Shown here piece by piece: positions 11,479 through 21,510 of a DNA stretch of 64,000 nt. The notes beneath the pieces were generated by a model. It was given only the letters and a program-made list of their open reading frames with translations, was not told the DNA's origin and did not search any database. The stretch comes from an uncultured Bacilli bacterium (GTDB taxonomy: Bacteria; Bacillota_I; Bacilli_A; RF39; UBA660). Location of the stretch: contig CAJTUT010000004.1 in NCBI GenBank assembly GCA_910579455.1, forward strand, positions 1,906 to 65,905, in the 5' to 3' direction. The translations under genes and the position numbers were made by a program. The stretch's first letter is position 1; the number at the start of each line of letters is the position of its first letter.

Positions 11479-12134
11479 TTAAAACAAAAAAACGAGGAAT
11501 ATTATTTGTAGTGTCAGGTCCATCTGGTTGTGGAAAAGGCTCTATTATCAAAGAACTCTTAAGGAGAAGGGCCAATTTATGGCTTTCTATTTCATGCACA
11601 AGTAGAGAAAAGAGAGAATATGAAATAGATGGGCAGGATTATTATTTCTTATCCAAAGATGAATTTGAGAAAAAAATTCAGGATGATCAATTTTTAGAAT
11701 ATGCACAATACTCTGATAACTACTACGGAACTCCAAAACAATATATTGAACAACATCTCAATAACGGAGAAGATGTAGTTTTGGAAATTGAAATTATTGG
11801 GGCATTAAAGATCAAAAAAATTCTTCCAGATACCCTGTTTATTTTTGTTATGCCCCCTAGTATGTTAGAACTTAGAAAAAGATTAGAAGGAAGAGAAACA
11901 GAGACAAAGGAAAAAATAGATCAAAGGTTCAAACGTGCCTATGAAGAAATTAATGCAGTTAATGATTATAACTACGTAGTTGTAAATGATGAAATAGAAA
12001 ATGCAGCCAGCAAGATAGAGGCTATATTAATCTCTGAAAAGTGTCGTGTAGATAGAATTGAAACACTAGATATAGACAATGAAGAAGAAAGAATTCATGA
12101 GGCACTAATAGATCCGAATATGGAATTAGAGTAG
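11475..12134 (+). CDS. gmk: guanylate kinase
   Basis: P-loop SGPSGCGKGS and a guanylate kinase core. There is an acidic C-terminal tail of about 25 aa. ATGA overlap with tmcAL. Confidence 0.92.
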   Translation: MIKTKKRGILFVVSGPSGCGKGSIIKELLRRRANLWLSISCTSREKREYEIDGQDYYFLSKDEFEKKIQDDQFLEYAQYSDNYYGTPKQYIEQHLNNGEDVVLEIEIIGALKIKKILPDTLFIFVMPPSMLELRKRLEGRETETKEKIDQRFKRAYEEINAVNDYNYVVVNDEIENAASKIEAILISEKCRVDRIETLDIDNEEERIHEALIDPNMELE

Positions 12135-12206
12135 TGGTTGACAATAAATAAATTCCTTTTATTTGTTATTAAACTATTCTTATAGTATACTTTAAGTGGT
12201 GATTAT

Positions 12207-12662
12207 ATGTTAATTGATTTAGATTTTGATGGTGATTATATCATAAATAGTGATATTATACTTCCAATTGAATATTATAAAGATAGTGAGATTCACAATA
12301 TTAATCATCTGCATATAGATGGTAAACTTTATTATGATAGTGATAATATAGTACATGCCATATTAGAAATAACAGGTAATATGATAATATCTGATTCTAT
12401 TTCATTAGAAGAGGTTTCCTATCCCTTTTCTATTGAATATGACGATATTTTAGAAGAAAGTTATAGAAATGACGAAAATAAACTTGATTTATTCGAATTT
12501 TTGTGGGAAAATATTGTACTAGAGATTCCCTTAAGATTTACTAAGGTTCAGGATCTCAGTAAATTTCATGGGGATGGATGGAAATTAATTAGTGATGAAG
12601 AAATTATTTCCTCTAGTAATCCATTTAGTGATTTATTAAAAAACTTTGATAAAAAGGAGTGA
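12207..12662 (+). CDS. YceD/DUF177 family protein
   Basis: Acidic 151-aa protein immediately upstream of rpmF, which is the conserved yceD-rpmF pairing. Confidence 0.7.
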   Translation: MLIDLDFDGDYIINSDIILPIEYYKDSEIHNINHLHIDGKLYYDSDNIVHAILEITGNMIISDSISLEEVSYPFSIEYDDILEESYRNDENKLDLFEFLWENIVLEIPLRFTKVQDLSKFHGDGWKLISDEEIISSSNPFSDLLKNFDKKE

Positions 12663-12666
12663 TAAA

Positions 12667-12876
12667 ATGTTAAAATTAGATATTCAAATGTTTGCGGTAC
12701 CATTTCGTAAAGTATCAAAGACAAGAAAAAGAACTAGGCAAGCACATAAGGCTATATGTGCACCAACTCTTACAAAATGTTCAACTTGTGGAGAAATGAT
12801 TAAACCACATAGAGTATGTAAAAAATGCGGAAGTTATAAAAAGAAAACCGTGATAGAAGTAAAAGAAGCTGCTTAA
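12667..12876 (+). CDS. rpmF: 50S ribosomal protein L32
   Basis: AVPFRKVSKTRKRTR plus CxxC...CxxC. The start is taken at the ATG at 12667, after AAGGAG. An alternative is the ATG at 12688. Confidence 0.88.
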   Translation: MLKLDIQMFAVPFRKVSKTRKRTRQAHKAICAPTLTKCSTCGEMIKPHRVCKKCGSYKKKTVIEVKEAA

Positions 12877-12878
12877 AT

Positions 12879-12913
12879 GAAAGAAAACATATTAATGTTA
12901 TGTTTTCTTTTTT
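12879..12913 (+). terminator. rho-independent terminator of rpmF
   Basis: GAAAGAAAACAT-9 nt-ATGTTTTCTTT hairpin followed by Ts. Confidence 0.8.
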
Positions 12914-12963
12914 GTGGATAATTTTATATTCAAATACTCCATACTTTAGGAATATGAGCAAAA

Positions 12964-13320
12964 TCAGCTTATATAATAGATTGAATGAGTGGATTTTATC
13001 CTAACATCAGTTCTAAGACATGTTAAACCGTTAAATTTAGGGATAATATCATTAATAGGGGTAATTTCAGCATTAGTAATTAAATAAGAGCTTTCAGTGA
13101 TCAGTGTTTGTTTATATCTATTATAGGAGACATAAAAACTATAAAAATGTTCTTGTTTTTTATAGGGGTTAAATTTATCACAATTATTATAAACATAAAG
13201 AGTTCTGGATTCAGAACAACAGGACTGATTGTTGAAGCTAGAGGTATTTTTTTAAATCTATGTTTACACTTTCATCAGAAATGGTAGTTCTATATTTACC
13301 ACTTCTATTTCCAATTTAAG
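12964..13320 (-). pseudogene. unidentified gene remnant (frameshifted, no start codon)
   Basis: The minus strand reads ...GNRSGKYRTTISDESVNID... and then, in another frame, ...YVYNNCDKFNPYKKQEHFYSFYVSYNRYKQTLITESSYLITNAEITPINDIIPKFNGLTCLRTDVRIKSTHSIYYIS*. The family was not recognised. Confidence 0.3.
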
Positions 13321-13566
13321 TAAAAATGACTATTTGTCGTTTACCTTATCCAGATTTAAATATGTATTATGAAATGTGTGTATTGCATTTCGTTAATCAA
13401 AGCCAAGAATATCTTTTCCAAAAAAATAGATATTTCTAAAGTTTCTGTTTTGTATGTTAGAGTAATTGTGAAGAGGTTTTGAGGCGACAAGAATATTATA
13501 GTAACGAAAAATTCTACAGAAAACATAATATATAAAAATAGAAGCTTATTAAACATCGGTGTTAAG

Positions 13567-14030
13567 GAAAATGGTGATGTATATATTCTTTACCATCATT
13601 ACCAAATCTACAGATTTGATTGGAACAGTTAATTTTTCTGCAGGATTGAAAAATCTTCATAATGTTTTGCGACAATTTAAGGGAAACATGGCTTTTTATT
13701 TGCACTATATTGTGGTGAAACCTATAAGTGCAATATCAAATAAAAAAATAGTATATAGTTGTATAAAATCAAATCATTTATGAGGATGCTGAAAAACTTG
13801 AAATTCCAATTATAAAAGAAGCAAGTCTTCGGGAGATGAATAATGGTGATTTAGCTGGTATGAAAAATGACCTAGCTGAGGAAAAATATCCAAATGGAGA
13901 AAGTCCTGTTGAGTTTTATAACCGTATCTATAGTTGGTTTATGGATTTTTTATATCATATTGTGAAAAATATTGAGTGGAATAACAAAAAAAGTCGTTTA
14001 AGGTGGAGAATTGTAGTTTGCATGTTTTAA
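13567..14030 (+). pseudogene. histidine phosphatase (phosphoglycerate mutase family) pseudogene
   Basis: Degenerate RHG-like start (VYILYHHYQIYRFDWN). Later, in another frame, SLREMNNGDLAGMKNDLAEEKYPNGESPVEFYNRIYSWFMDFL. Interrupted by frameshifts and stops. Confidence 0.5.
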
Positions 14031-14584
14031 ATATTTCAACCATGCAATTTGAAAAAGAAAATTACGTCGATTTTATATTAAATAAATAATTTAGAAATGA
14101 GTAAAGCAATATGGAATTATATTTTTGCCTGATTAAAATGCAATTTAATATGGAAATAGGGAATGACTATGAGTACGAAAGGTATCTTGAAAACTGGATA
14201 GCAGATGACGATTTTTCTTCTTCAGCTGTCTTGGGGGTACTGGAGGCAACAGGAGGGAATAAGGAAGATAAGAAGGCAGAGATTTTGATAATAAGTTGCC
14301 AAGGATATATCCGATATTGAACACTAGATAAATCATTATTCTAGAAAGATATTTGTTTTTCGTACTTCAGCTGAAATGTTTGATAAGGAAGTTGCTATAA
14401 TTACATAAAAAGAGCAGACTAGAGGACTATAAGAAATAAAGGATGACGTAAGATAGTCTTTTTGTGATACACGAAAATAGTAAATATGCACAAAAATCAC
14501 ACAGTAAGACCGTACAAAATAACGAAACGGAGAAATGTGACAAAAAAGGTTGGAATTTTTAATGAGTAAACAACGCAACAGTTT

Positions 14585-14640
14585 TTTATATTGACAAATC
14601 GCTCTAGAGGGGATATTATGTAAGTATAAAGTAAATAAAT
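14585..14640 (+). promoter_or_regulatory. promoter/leader cassette copy A
   Basis: TTGACA (14591-14596), a 17-nt spacer, then TATTAT (14614-14619). About 80 percent identical over roughly 55 nt to the copy at 38882-38938. Also related to the copy at 21431-21480. Confidence 0.6.
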
Positions 14641-14643
14641 ACG

Positions 14644-15525
14644 GTGGTGATGGTAGTGAAAAAGAGATTTAAAAAGAACTATAAATTAATATTAGGAATC
14701 ATAATAGGAGTGATTATATCAGGAATAGGAGTTTATGCAGAAACTACAATATCAAGTTCTGATATCTCTTATGACAATTCAAAATCAGGATTAAAGTCAA
14801 CCGATATGAAAGGAGCAATCGATGAGTTGTATACTAAGATTCAGGAACCAGGTGGAGGTAAATTTGTTGCTGCGTATACATAAAATGAAGATACTAAGTC
14901 TAGTAGCTATTGTATGACAGGGGAAGAATCTACCTGTAAATCTACCGATTGTTATAAAATGAGTAAGATAATTAAAGGCGGAAGTTGTAAGGCAGGAGAC
15001 ATAATCCTATATAGAGTAAATGATTCTAGTATAGTTAAATTTCATAATATTGAATTTGAATCAGGTAGTGAAACTTTCAAAATGATAAGCCACGATAATA
15101 TAGTTGATAGTACAAAATGGAGTAATTCCTCAGAACTCTCAGATGGTGCAATATTGGCTAGGGAAGCCTTAAGATTAAAAACACAATCATGGACAAATGT
15201 TATTTCAAGAGGAGGATATAGTACTGGTATAGAAACAAATGCTATAGATAGATTTGGTACCCCTAGCTTTGTATCTGACTCATCCACTAGGACAAGTATG
15301 GTAACTGTAAGAGACTTAATTGGTTTAGGGTGTGAAGCTTATTTAGCAGACTCTTGTCCGAAATGGATGACACAGGGTAAGTTTTGGACTAGTGATTGGT
15401 ATCTAAGTTCAGGATCAGCTCCTAGGGCTTGGGCTATAAACGATGGACAACTTATCACAAAGGACAATACTGATACTATAGGAGTTAGAGCTGTCGTATA
15501 TATTAATCCAATTATAGATTTATAG
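14644..15525 (+). pseudogene. secreted DUF1566/lectin-like protein interrupted by one in-frame TAA (14881-14883)
   Basis: ORFs 14644-14883 and 14914-15525 are in the same frame. AAYT*NEDTKSSSYCMTGEESTCKSTDCYK aligns with KAYNYNDDNTAGNYCLTGDEDTCEKTECYK of the 43005 gene, so the stop aligns with a Tyr codon. Confidence 0.7.
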
Positions 15526-15996
15526 TATGATTATGATATAATAAAAGATAGCTAAGAGTGTTTTAACTAAGGTAATGTGTGGATTTTATAATAATAAACA
15601 CTTATATAAATAAAAAATGTTAGTAGGGGTATCCTTACTACTTTTTTATTGAATTTCACAGGATAGTAGCATCAAAAAAACTTTTGAATAGTATTGTAGT
15701 TTTATTTTATAAGGAACTAATAATTGTGAGTGTTAAAGTCTTTACAAGGAAATTGATAAAAATTTAACCAAAACAATATAGTATACCTTTATATAATGAA
15801 ATTTGAATAAGTGAACTGGAGACAATAATATATGAGAGATAATTTATCCGAAATTTATTTATAATCTTTTGAAAAAAAGATTGTAGTTGAATGACAAAAT
15901 TGTTACTAATAATAAATCTATAATTTTATTTTGACGATTCCAGAGTTTTTCTTGAAGAAGAAAGAAACAAAAGTTATAATAATAATAGGTGGTAAT

Positions 15997-18324
15997 ATGA
16001 ATTTAGATCAATATTTAGATGAGGATTTATTAATTGTATGTCCAAATGCCATAAAGATAAGAATTTTAAATCAATATTGCGATCAATTAATTTCGTTTAA
16101 ATTTATGACGAAAGAAGATTTTAAAAAGCATTATTATTTTTCTTATGATAACCAAGCGATCGTATATTTAATGGAAAAATATCATTATCATATCGATGTT
16201 GCCAAAACCTACTTAGAAAACTTATATGTGATAGATACTAGTAAGAATTATCAAAGCGATAAATTAAGACTACTAAAAAAAATCAAGAAAGAATTAATTA
16301 TGAATTCTTTGTTAGAATTTGATCCATTATTTTCTAAGTACTTAGCTACTAAAAAAATCATTGTGATCGGATATAATGTATTAGAAAAATATGAAGAAGA
16401 TATGTTGAAGAAAGCAACAAGAATTCAAAAAGATATCAAAAAATTAGATACTAAGGTATTTTCGTGTCATACGATTGAGGATGAAATTTTATTTGTTATC
16501 GAGAACATTTTAGAGTTAGTAAAAAAGAAAGTAAAACTGAATCAGATTTATATTGCTAATCTTTCAGATGATTACCTGTATTCTATAAAAAAGTTGTTTT
16601 CTTATTTCAATATTCCAATTCAGCTTGATATGAGAGAGTCTATTTACGGAACTAAGATCGTGAAAGAGTACTTGGAATCAAAGAAAATGCCTGCTTTTCA
16701 AACAAAAATCGGGATAAAATTAGTAGAAATAGTAAACCGTTTAGTAGAAGTGGAGGATTCTAAAGTATATAAAGAACTTTTAATTGATCAATTAAAACAT
16801 ACCTATCTTTCCCCTAAATATTTAACGGAAGAGGTTCATATTATTAATATAGAAGAAGAAATGGTAGAAGATACAGACTATTTGTTTGTAATTGGTTTTA
16901 ACCAAGACTATATTCCTAAGATTTACAAGAATGAGGAATTTATTACAGACCAAATCAAAAAAGAAGTAGCTCTATATCCAACTAAGGAGAAAAATCGAAG
17001 GAGTAGAGAAGGACTTTTGAGACAATTAAGTAATGTAAAAAATCTATATCTTTCCTATAAGGAAAGCAGTAATTTTAATCATTATTTACCATCCTCTCTT
17101 ATCAAAGAGTTGGAATTAGAAGTGGTTCCTTATCAAAGTAATAAACTATATCCTTCTAACTTTTATAATAGACTCTCTTTGGCAAATCTTCTAGACAGGT
17201 ATCATAAATATGGAGAGGAAACACCATATTTAAGAAACTTGCTTAAACATTATAAAAGTAACAATCATACATATAATAATCAGTTTACTGGAATCAATTC
17301 TGCTAATATGCTAGAAAGTATGAATCACGTTTTAAGACTCAGCTATACCTCTTTAAATACTTATTATTTATGTTCTTTTAGATATTATGTTTCTTATATT
17401 TTAAAATTAGATCCATATCAGGATACTTTTTCTATTGTAATAGGGAATCTCTTTCATTTTATATTCTCTGTTATGTATGATGATTATTTTAACTTTGATA
17501 GAGAATGGAATCATTATATATCGTCACAGGATTTATCACCAAAAGAGCAATTTCTTTTGAAAAATTTAAAAGCCAGATTGGAAGAAGTAATCATAAAAAT
17601 CAAAGATTTAGAAATGTTATCTAGTTATAGAAACGTTTTAACAGAACAAGAAATTACAATACAACTGCAAAAAAATATTGATGTCTTTTTTACCGGAAAA
17701 ATAGATAAAATTATGTATAAAAGAGAGTCAGATGATACTTATTTTTCCATAATAGACTATAAAACAGGCAACGTACATTCTAATCTTTTTGATATGAAAT
17801 ATGGTATAAACATGCAACTTCCTATTTATTTATATTTATTAAGTAAGTCTAAATTGTTTTCTTCACCTATTTTTACAGGAATGTATTTTCAAAAAGTTTT
17901 ATATAAAACTTTAAAATGGGAACCGAATAAAGAATTAGAGGATATGAAAAAAAGTAATTTGAAATTACAGGGATATTCTACAGACGTAATAGATCGAATT
18001 TTCCTTTTTGATAGAAGCTATGAAAATAGTGAGTGGATTAGAGGAATTAAAATAAATAAGGATGGTTCTTTTTCAAAAAATAGTAAAATTATAAGCGATG
18101 AGGAAGTTTATGACATGTTAAAATATACAGAAAAGATGATTCAAAAAGGAGTAGATCATATTTTAAAAGGGGACTTCCAAATAAATCCTAAGATTATTGA
18201 TAAAGAAAAAGCCTGTGAATATTGCAAATTCAAAGATCTCTGTTTTGTAAATCCAAAAGATTACATTTATCTAGATAAAATGGATAATTTAGAATTTTTA
18301 AAGGAGGAAACAGAAAATGACTAA
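15997..18324 (+). CDS. addB: helicase-nuclease AddAB, subunit B
   Basis: C-terminal RecB-type nuclease (IIDYKTG) with Fe-S cysteines (C...CEYCKFKDLC). Overlaps addA. The start is taken at the ATG at 15997, after AGGTGG. Confidence 0.88.
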   Translation: MNLDQYLDEDLLIVCPNAIKIRILNQYCDQLISFKFMTKEDFKKHYYFSYDNQAIVYLMEKYHYHIDVAKTYLENLYVIDTSKNYQSDKLRLLKKIKKELIMNSLLEFDPLFSKYLATKKIIVIGYNVLEKYEEDMLKKATRIQKDIKKLDTKVFSCHTIEDEILFVIENILELVKKKVKLNQIYIANLSDDYLYSIKKLFSYFNIPIQLDMRESIYGTKIVKEYLESKKMPAFQTKIGIKLVEIVNRLVEVEDSKVYKELLIDQLKHTYLSPKYLTEEVHIINIEEEMVEDTDYLFVIGFNQDYIPKIYKNEEFITDQIKKEVALYPTKEKNRRSREGLLRQLSNVKNLYLSYKESSNFNHYLPSSLIKELELEVVPYQSNKLYPSNFYNRLSLANLLDRYHKYGEETPYLRNLLKHYKSNNHTYNNQFTGINSANMLESMNHVLRLSYTSLNTYYLCSFRYYVSYILKLDPYQDTFSIVIGNLFHFIFSVMYDDYFNFDREWNHYISSQDLSPKEQFLLKNLKARLEEVIIKIKDLEMLSSYRNVLTEQEITIQLQKNIDVFFTGKIDKIMYKRESDDTYFSIIDYKTGNVHSNLFDMKYGINMQLPIYLYLLSKSKLFSSPIFTGMYFQKVLYKTLKWEPNKELEDMKKSNLKLQGYSTDVIDRIFLFDRSYENSEWIRGIKINKDGSFSKNSKIISDEEVYDMLKYTEKMIQKGVDHILKGDFQINPKIIDKEKACEYCKFKDLCFVNPKDYIYLDKMDNLEFLKEETEND

Positions 18325-21300
18325 TGTATGGACAAAAGAGCAATTAGATGCAATTCATTTGGAAGGAAATAATATTATTGTATCAGCAGGAGCAGGTAGT
18401 GGAAAAACTGCGGTTTTATCAGAAAGGGTATTAAGAAAAATCGATGATGGAATCTCAATTAATCAAATACTAATCTTAACATTTACCAATGCCGCTGCTA
18501 AGGAAATGAAAGATAGGATTAGGGATAAATTAAGAAAAGCAAACAAGCAAGAACAAATAGATTTAATCGATCACAGTTATATTACTACCTTTGATAGTTT
18601 TTCGTTAAGTATTGTTAAAAAGTATCATACGATTTTAAATATTAGTAAAGATATAGGAATTACGGATTCTTCGCTTTTAGATATTAAAAAACAAGAGTTA
18701 ATGGATGAAATATTCAATTGCTATTATAGCGAAAAAAATAAAAAATTCAAAAAGCTTATTACTAACTTTTGCTTAAAAGAAGATGATTCATTAAAAAAAT
18801 TACTTATAAGATTGAATGATAAACTAGATATGAGATATAATAAATTGGATTATTTAAATCAATACATAAAAACATATTACCAAGAGGATTTTATAGAAGA
18901 AGGTATAGCTTTATATTATGATAAAATAAACGATTTGATTTTAAAAATCAAGGAAATAGTAAGAAGACTGAATCATTATATGGATTTTGATTATATTATT
19001 AAGTTGGAGGATAAGCTTTCAAAATTATGGAAAGCGAAAGACTATAATGATGTAGTATTAGCCTTAGATTTTAGGTTACCCAATTTGCCTAAGAATCAGG
19101 ATTCATTTGTTAAGTGTTTAAAAGAAGAATTAAGTAGTTATATTAAAGAAATAAAGAGTCTTTGTATCTATAAAAATACAGATCAAATAAAAGAAGAATA
19201 TTTTGCTACTAAGGATAATCTAGAAATCATAGTGGAAATTATAAAAGAGCTAGATCAAAGATTAAAAGAAGAGAAAGTAAAAAGCAATATGTATGATTTT
19301 TCAGATATCAGTAGAATGGCAATTGAAGTAGTTACACAAAATGAGGAAATAAAGGAAGAATTGAAAAATAGTTTTCAGGAGATCATGATAGATGAGTATC
19401 AAGATACCAATGATATCCAGGAGTATTTTATTTCTTTAATTAGTAATCACAATGTATATATGGTAGGGGATATCAAACAATCCATTTATAGATTTAGGAA
19501 TGCGAATCCTTATATATTTAAAAATAAGTATGATAATTACATACAAGCTAAGGAAGGATTAAAGATAGATTTATTAAAAAATTTTCGTTCAAGAAAAGAA
19601 GTGTTAGAAGATATTAATATCGTATTTAATGATTTGATGAGTGATGATATGGGAGGAGCGGACTATAAAAATAGTCATCAAATGATTTTCGGAAATAAAA
19701 CTTATCAGGAAGAAGGTAAAACAAACCAGAACTATCATTTATCTATCCTTACTTATTTAGAGGGTCCCAATTTTTCTAATAGTGAAAAAGAAATTTTTAT
19801 AATTGCAGAAGATATTAAAGAAAAAATAGATTCTAATTATCAGATATTCGATAAGGATCGAAAAATTTTAAGGAAAATGGAATATAGTGATTGTGTAATT
19901 TTAATGGATAGAAGTACTGATTTTGATCGATATAAAAAAATCTTTGAGTTTTTAAAAATTCCTCTTACCTTGTATCAAGATGAAGAATTAAAAAGTGGTT
20001 ATGACATCCTAGTAATAAGAAATTTATTAAAACTAATCAAGTGCATGGATTGTGAGCAATACCAAGAAGAATTTAAATATGCATTTTTATCGGTTGGTAG
20101 GAGCTTTTTGTTTAGAATAGAGGATGACAAACTATTCGAATACTTAACTCAGAACACTTATAAGGAAAGTGAGATTTATAAGAAACTAGAAGAGGCATAT
20201 CAATATTTTTATGAGATGTCCTTAAAGATGTTTTTCATGAAATTATGTGAAATTTTTGAGTATGAAGAAAAATTATTAGAAATAGGAAACGTTATGGTAG
20301 CAAGAGTACGATTAGAATATTTTTATCATTTGTTAGATGAATTTTCAAAAAATGGAAAGGATTTAGCCGACTTTATTATTTATTTAGATACCATATTTGA
20401 AAAAGAGCATAAAGTGAATTTTTCTCTTAATACAACAGATGCCAATTCTGTAAAAATTATGACCATTCATAAATCAAAGGGATTAGAGTTTCCAATTTGT
20501 TATTTCTCGGGATTTACAAAAGAATTTAGTTTTAGAGAATTCAATGATCTAATACTATATAGTAATCAATATGGTATTATTATTCCCTATTTTAATGAGT
20601 ATATAAAACCTACCATTTATAAAAATTTGTTAAAAATAGATATGAAAAAAGAAGAGATCAGTGAAAAAATAAGATTGTTTTATGTAGCATTAACTAGAGC
20701 AAAGGAAAAGATGATTATTGTAATACCAGAACGGGAAGGTGAAATTCTTGGCTTAGAAAAAATAAAATCATTTTATGATATGATGCAATTAATGTATTCT
20801 AATATTTGCCAGTATTACATTAGAAAGGATCCTAGTTGTACTAAAGACTATATGACATCGCTTTATAAGAAAGATGAATTTGATTTAAATTGTGGAGATG
20901 AAACAGAAATGGAGGAACCATCTTTTCTATTTCAAGAAGAAAGAAAAGAAAAACTATCTAAAAATACCACTCAGTTATTGACAAAGGAAGATTCGGTTAA
21001 AATGAGATATGGGAGTTATATCCACAAAATATTAGAATTCTTAGATTTTAACAATCCAAATTATCAGGGGATTGAAGATAATATAGTACCGAAAATAAAA
21101 AGTTTTGTATCAAGTAGTCTAATCCAGAGTAATTTAGATGCTAAATTTTATCATGAATACGAGTTTACTTATAATAAAGAGGAAAAGAGAGTACATGGAA
21201 TAATTGATTTAATAATAGAGAATAAAGATGAAATTATTATTGTAGATTATAAATTAAAAAAGATAGAGGACGCTGCTTACCAAGAGCAATTAAGAGGATA

Positions 21301-21394
21301 TCAAAAGATCATCGAAAATAGAACAAATAAGAGAGTTACTACCTATTTATATTCTATTTTAGATGAGAAATGGTATCCTATTGAACAATGCTAG
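18317..21394 (+). CDS. addA: helicase-nuclease AddAB, subunit A
   Basis: UvrD-type helicase (GAGSGKTAV, DEYQDTN) and a C-terminal nuclease (GIIDLI...VDYKLKK). At 1025 aa it is shorter than the Bacillus protein. Confidence 0.9.
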   Translation: MTNVWTKEQLDAIHLEGNNIIVSAGAGSGKTAVLSERVLRKIDDGISINQILILTFTNAAAKEMKDRIRDKLRKANKQEQIDLIDHSYITTFDSFSLSIVKKYHTILNISKDIGITDSSLLDIKKQELMDEIFNCYYSEKNKKFKKLITNFCLKEDDSLKKLLIRLNDKLDMRYNKLDYLNQYIKTYYQEDFIEEGIALYYDKINDLILKIKEIVRRLNHYMDFDYIIKLEDKLSKLWKAKDYNDVVLALDFRLPNLPKNQDSFVKCLKEELSSYIKEIKSLCIYKNTDQIKEEYFATKDNLEIIVEIIKELDQRLKEEKVKSNMYDFSDISRMAIEVVTQNEEIKEELKNSFQEIMIDEYQDTNDIQEYFISLISNHNVYMVGDIKQSIYRFRNANPYIFKNKYDNYIQAKEGLKIDLLKNFRSRKEVLEDINIVFNDLMSDDMGGADYKNSHQMIFGNKTYQEEGKTNQNYHLSILTYLEGPNFSNSEKEIFIIAEDIKEKIDSNYQIFDKDRKILRKMEYSDCVILMDRSTDFDRYKKIFEFLKIPLTLYQDEELKSGYDILVIRNLLKLIKCMDCEQYQEEFKYAFLSVGRSFLFRIEDDKLFEYLTQNTYKESEIYKKLEEAYQYFYEMSLKMFFMKLCEIFEYEEKLLEIGNVMVARVRLEYFYHLLDEFSKNGKDLADFIIYLDTIFEKEHKVNFSLNTTDANSVKIMTIHKSKGLEFPICYFSGFTKEFSFREFNDLILYSNQYGIIIPYFNEYIKPTIYKNLLKIDMKKEEISEKIRLFYVALTRAKEKMIIVIPEREGEILGLEKIKSFYDMMQLMYSNICQYYIRKDPSCTKDYMTSLYKKDEFDLNCGDETEMEEPSFLFQEERKEKLSKNTTQLLTKEDSVKMRYGSYIHKILEFLDFNNPNYQGIEDNIVPKIKSFVSSSLIQSNLDAKFYHEYEFTYNKEEKRVHGIIDLIIENKDEIIIVDYKLKKIEDAAYQEQLRGYQKIIENRTNKRVTTYLYSILDEKWYPIEQC

Positions 21395-21430
21395 ATTAGT
21401 ATTGTTTTTTTAAAGGAAAAGGCTAACATT

Positions 21431-21480
21431 CCATTGACAAATGAGTATCGGAAAGGGTATACTTAAAACATATAGTGAAG
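21431..21480 (+). promoter_or_regulatory. promoter/leader cassette copy C
   Basis: TTGACAAAT (21434-), an 18-nt spacer ending in GGG, TATACT (21458-21463), then TAAAACATATAGTGAA. Resembles copies A and B. Confidence 0.55.
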
Positions 21481-21510
21481 AGTAGAGTGAAAGGTAAAAA
21501 GGAAAAATTT

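Noticed and set aside
12667-12687. Seven-residue N-terminal extension of L32 (MLKLDIQ) and the long basic tail of S21 (55640-55711), considered as unusual ribosomal protein features.
   Set aside because: The L32 extension depends on the choice of start codon (ATG at 12667 with a good RBS, versus ATG at 12688). Basic tails on S21 vary widely. Neither can be judged without alignments.
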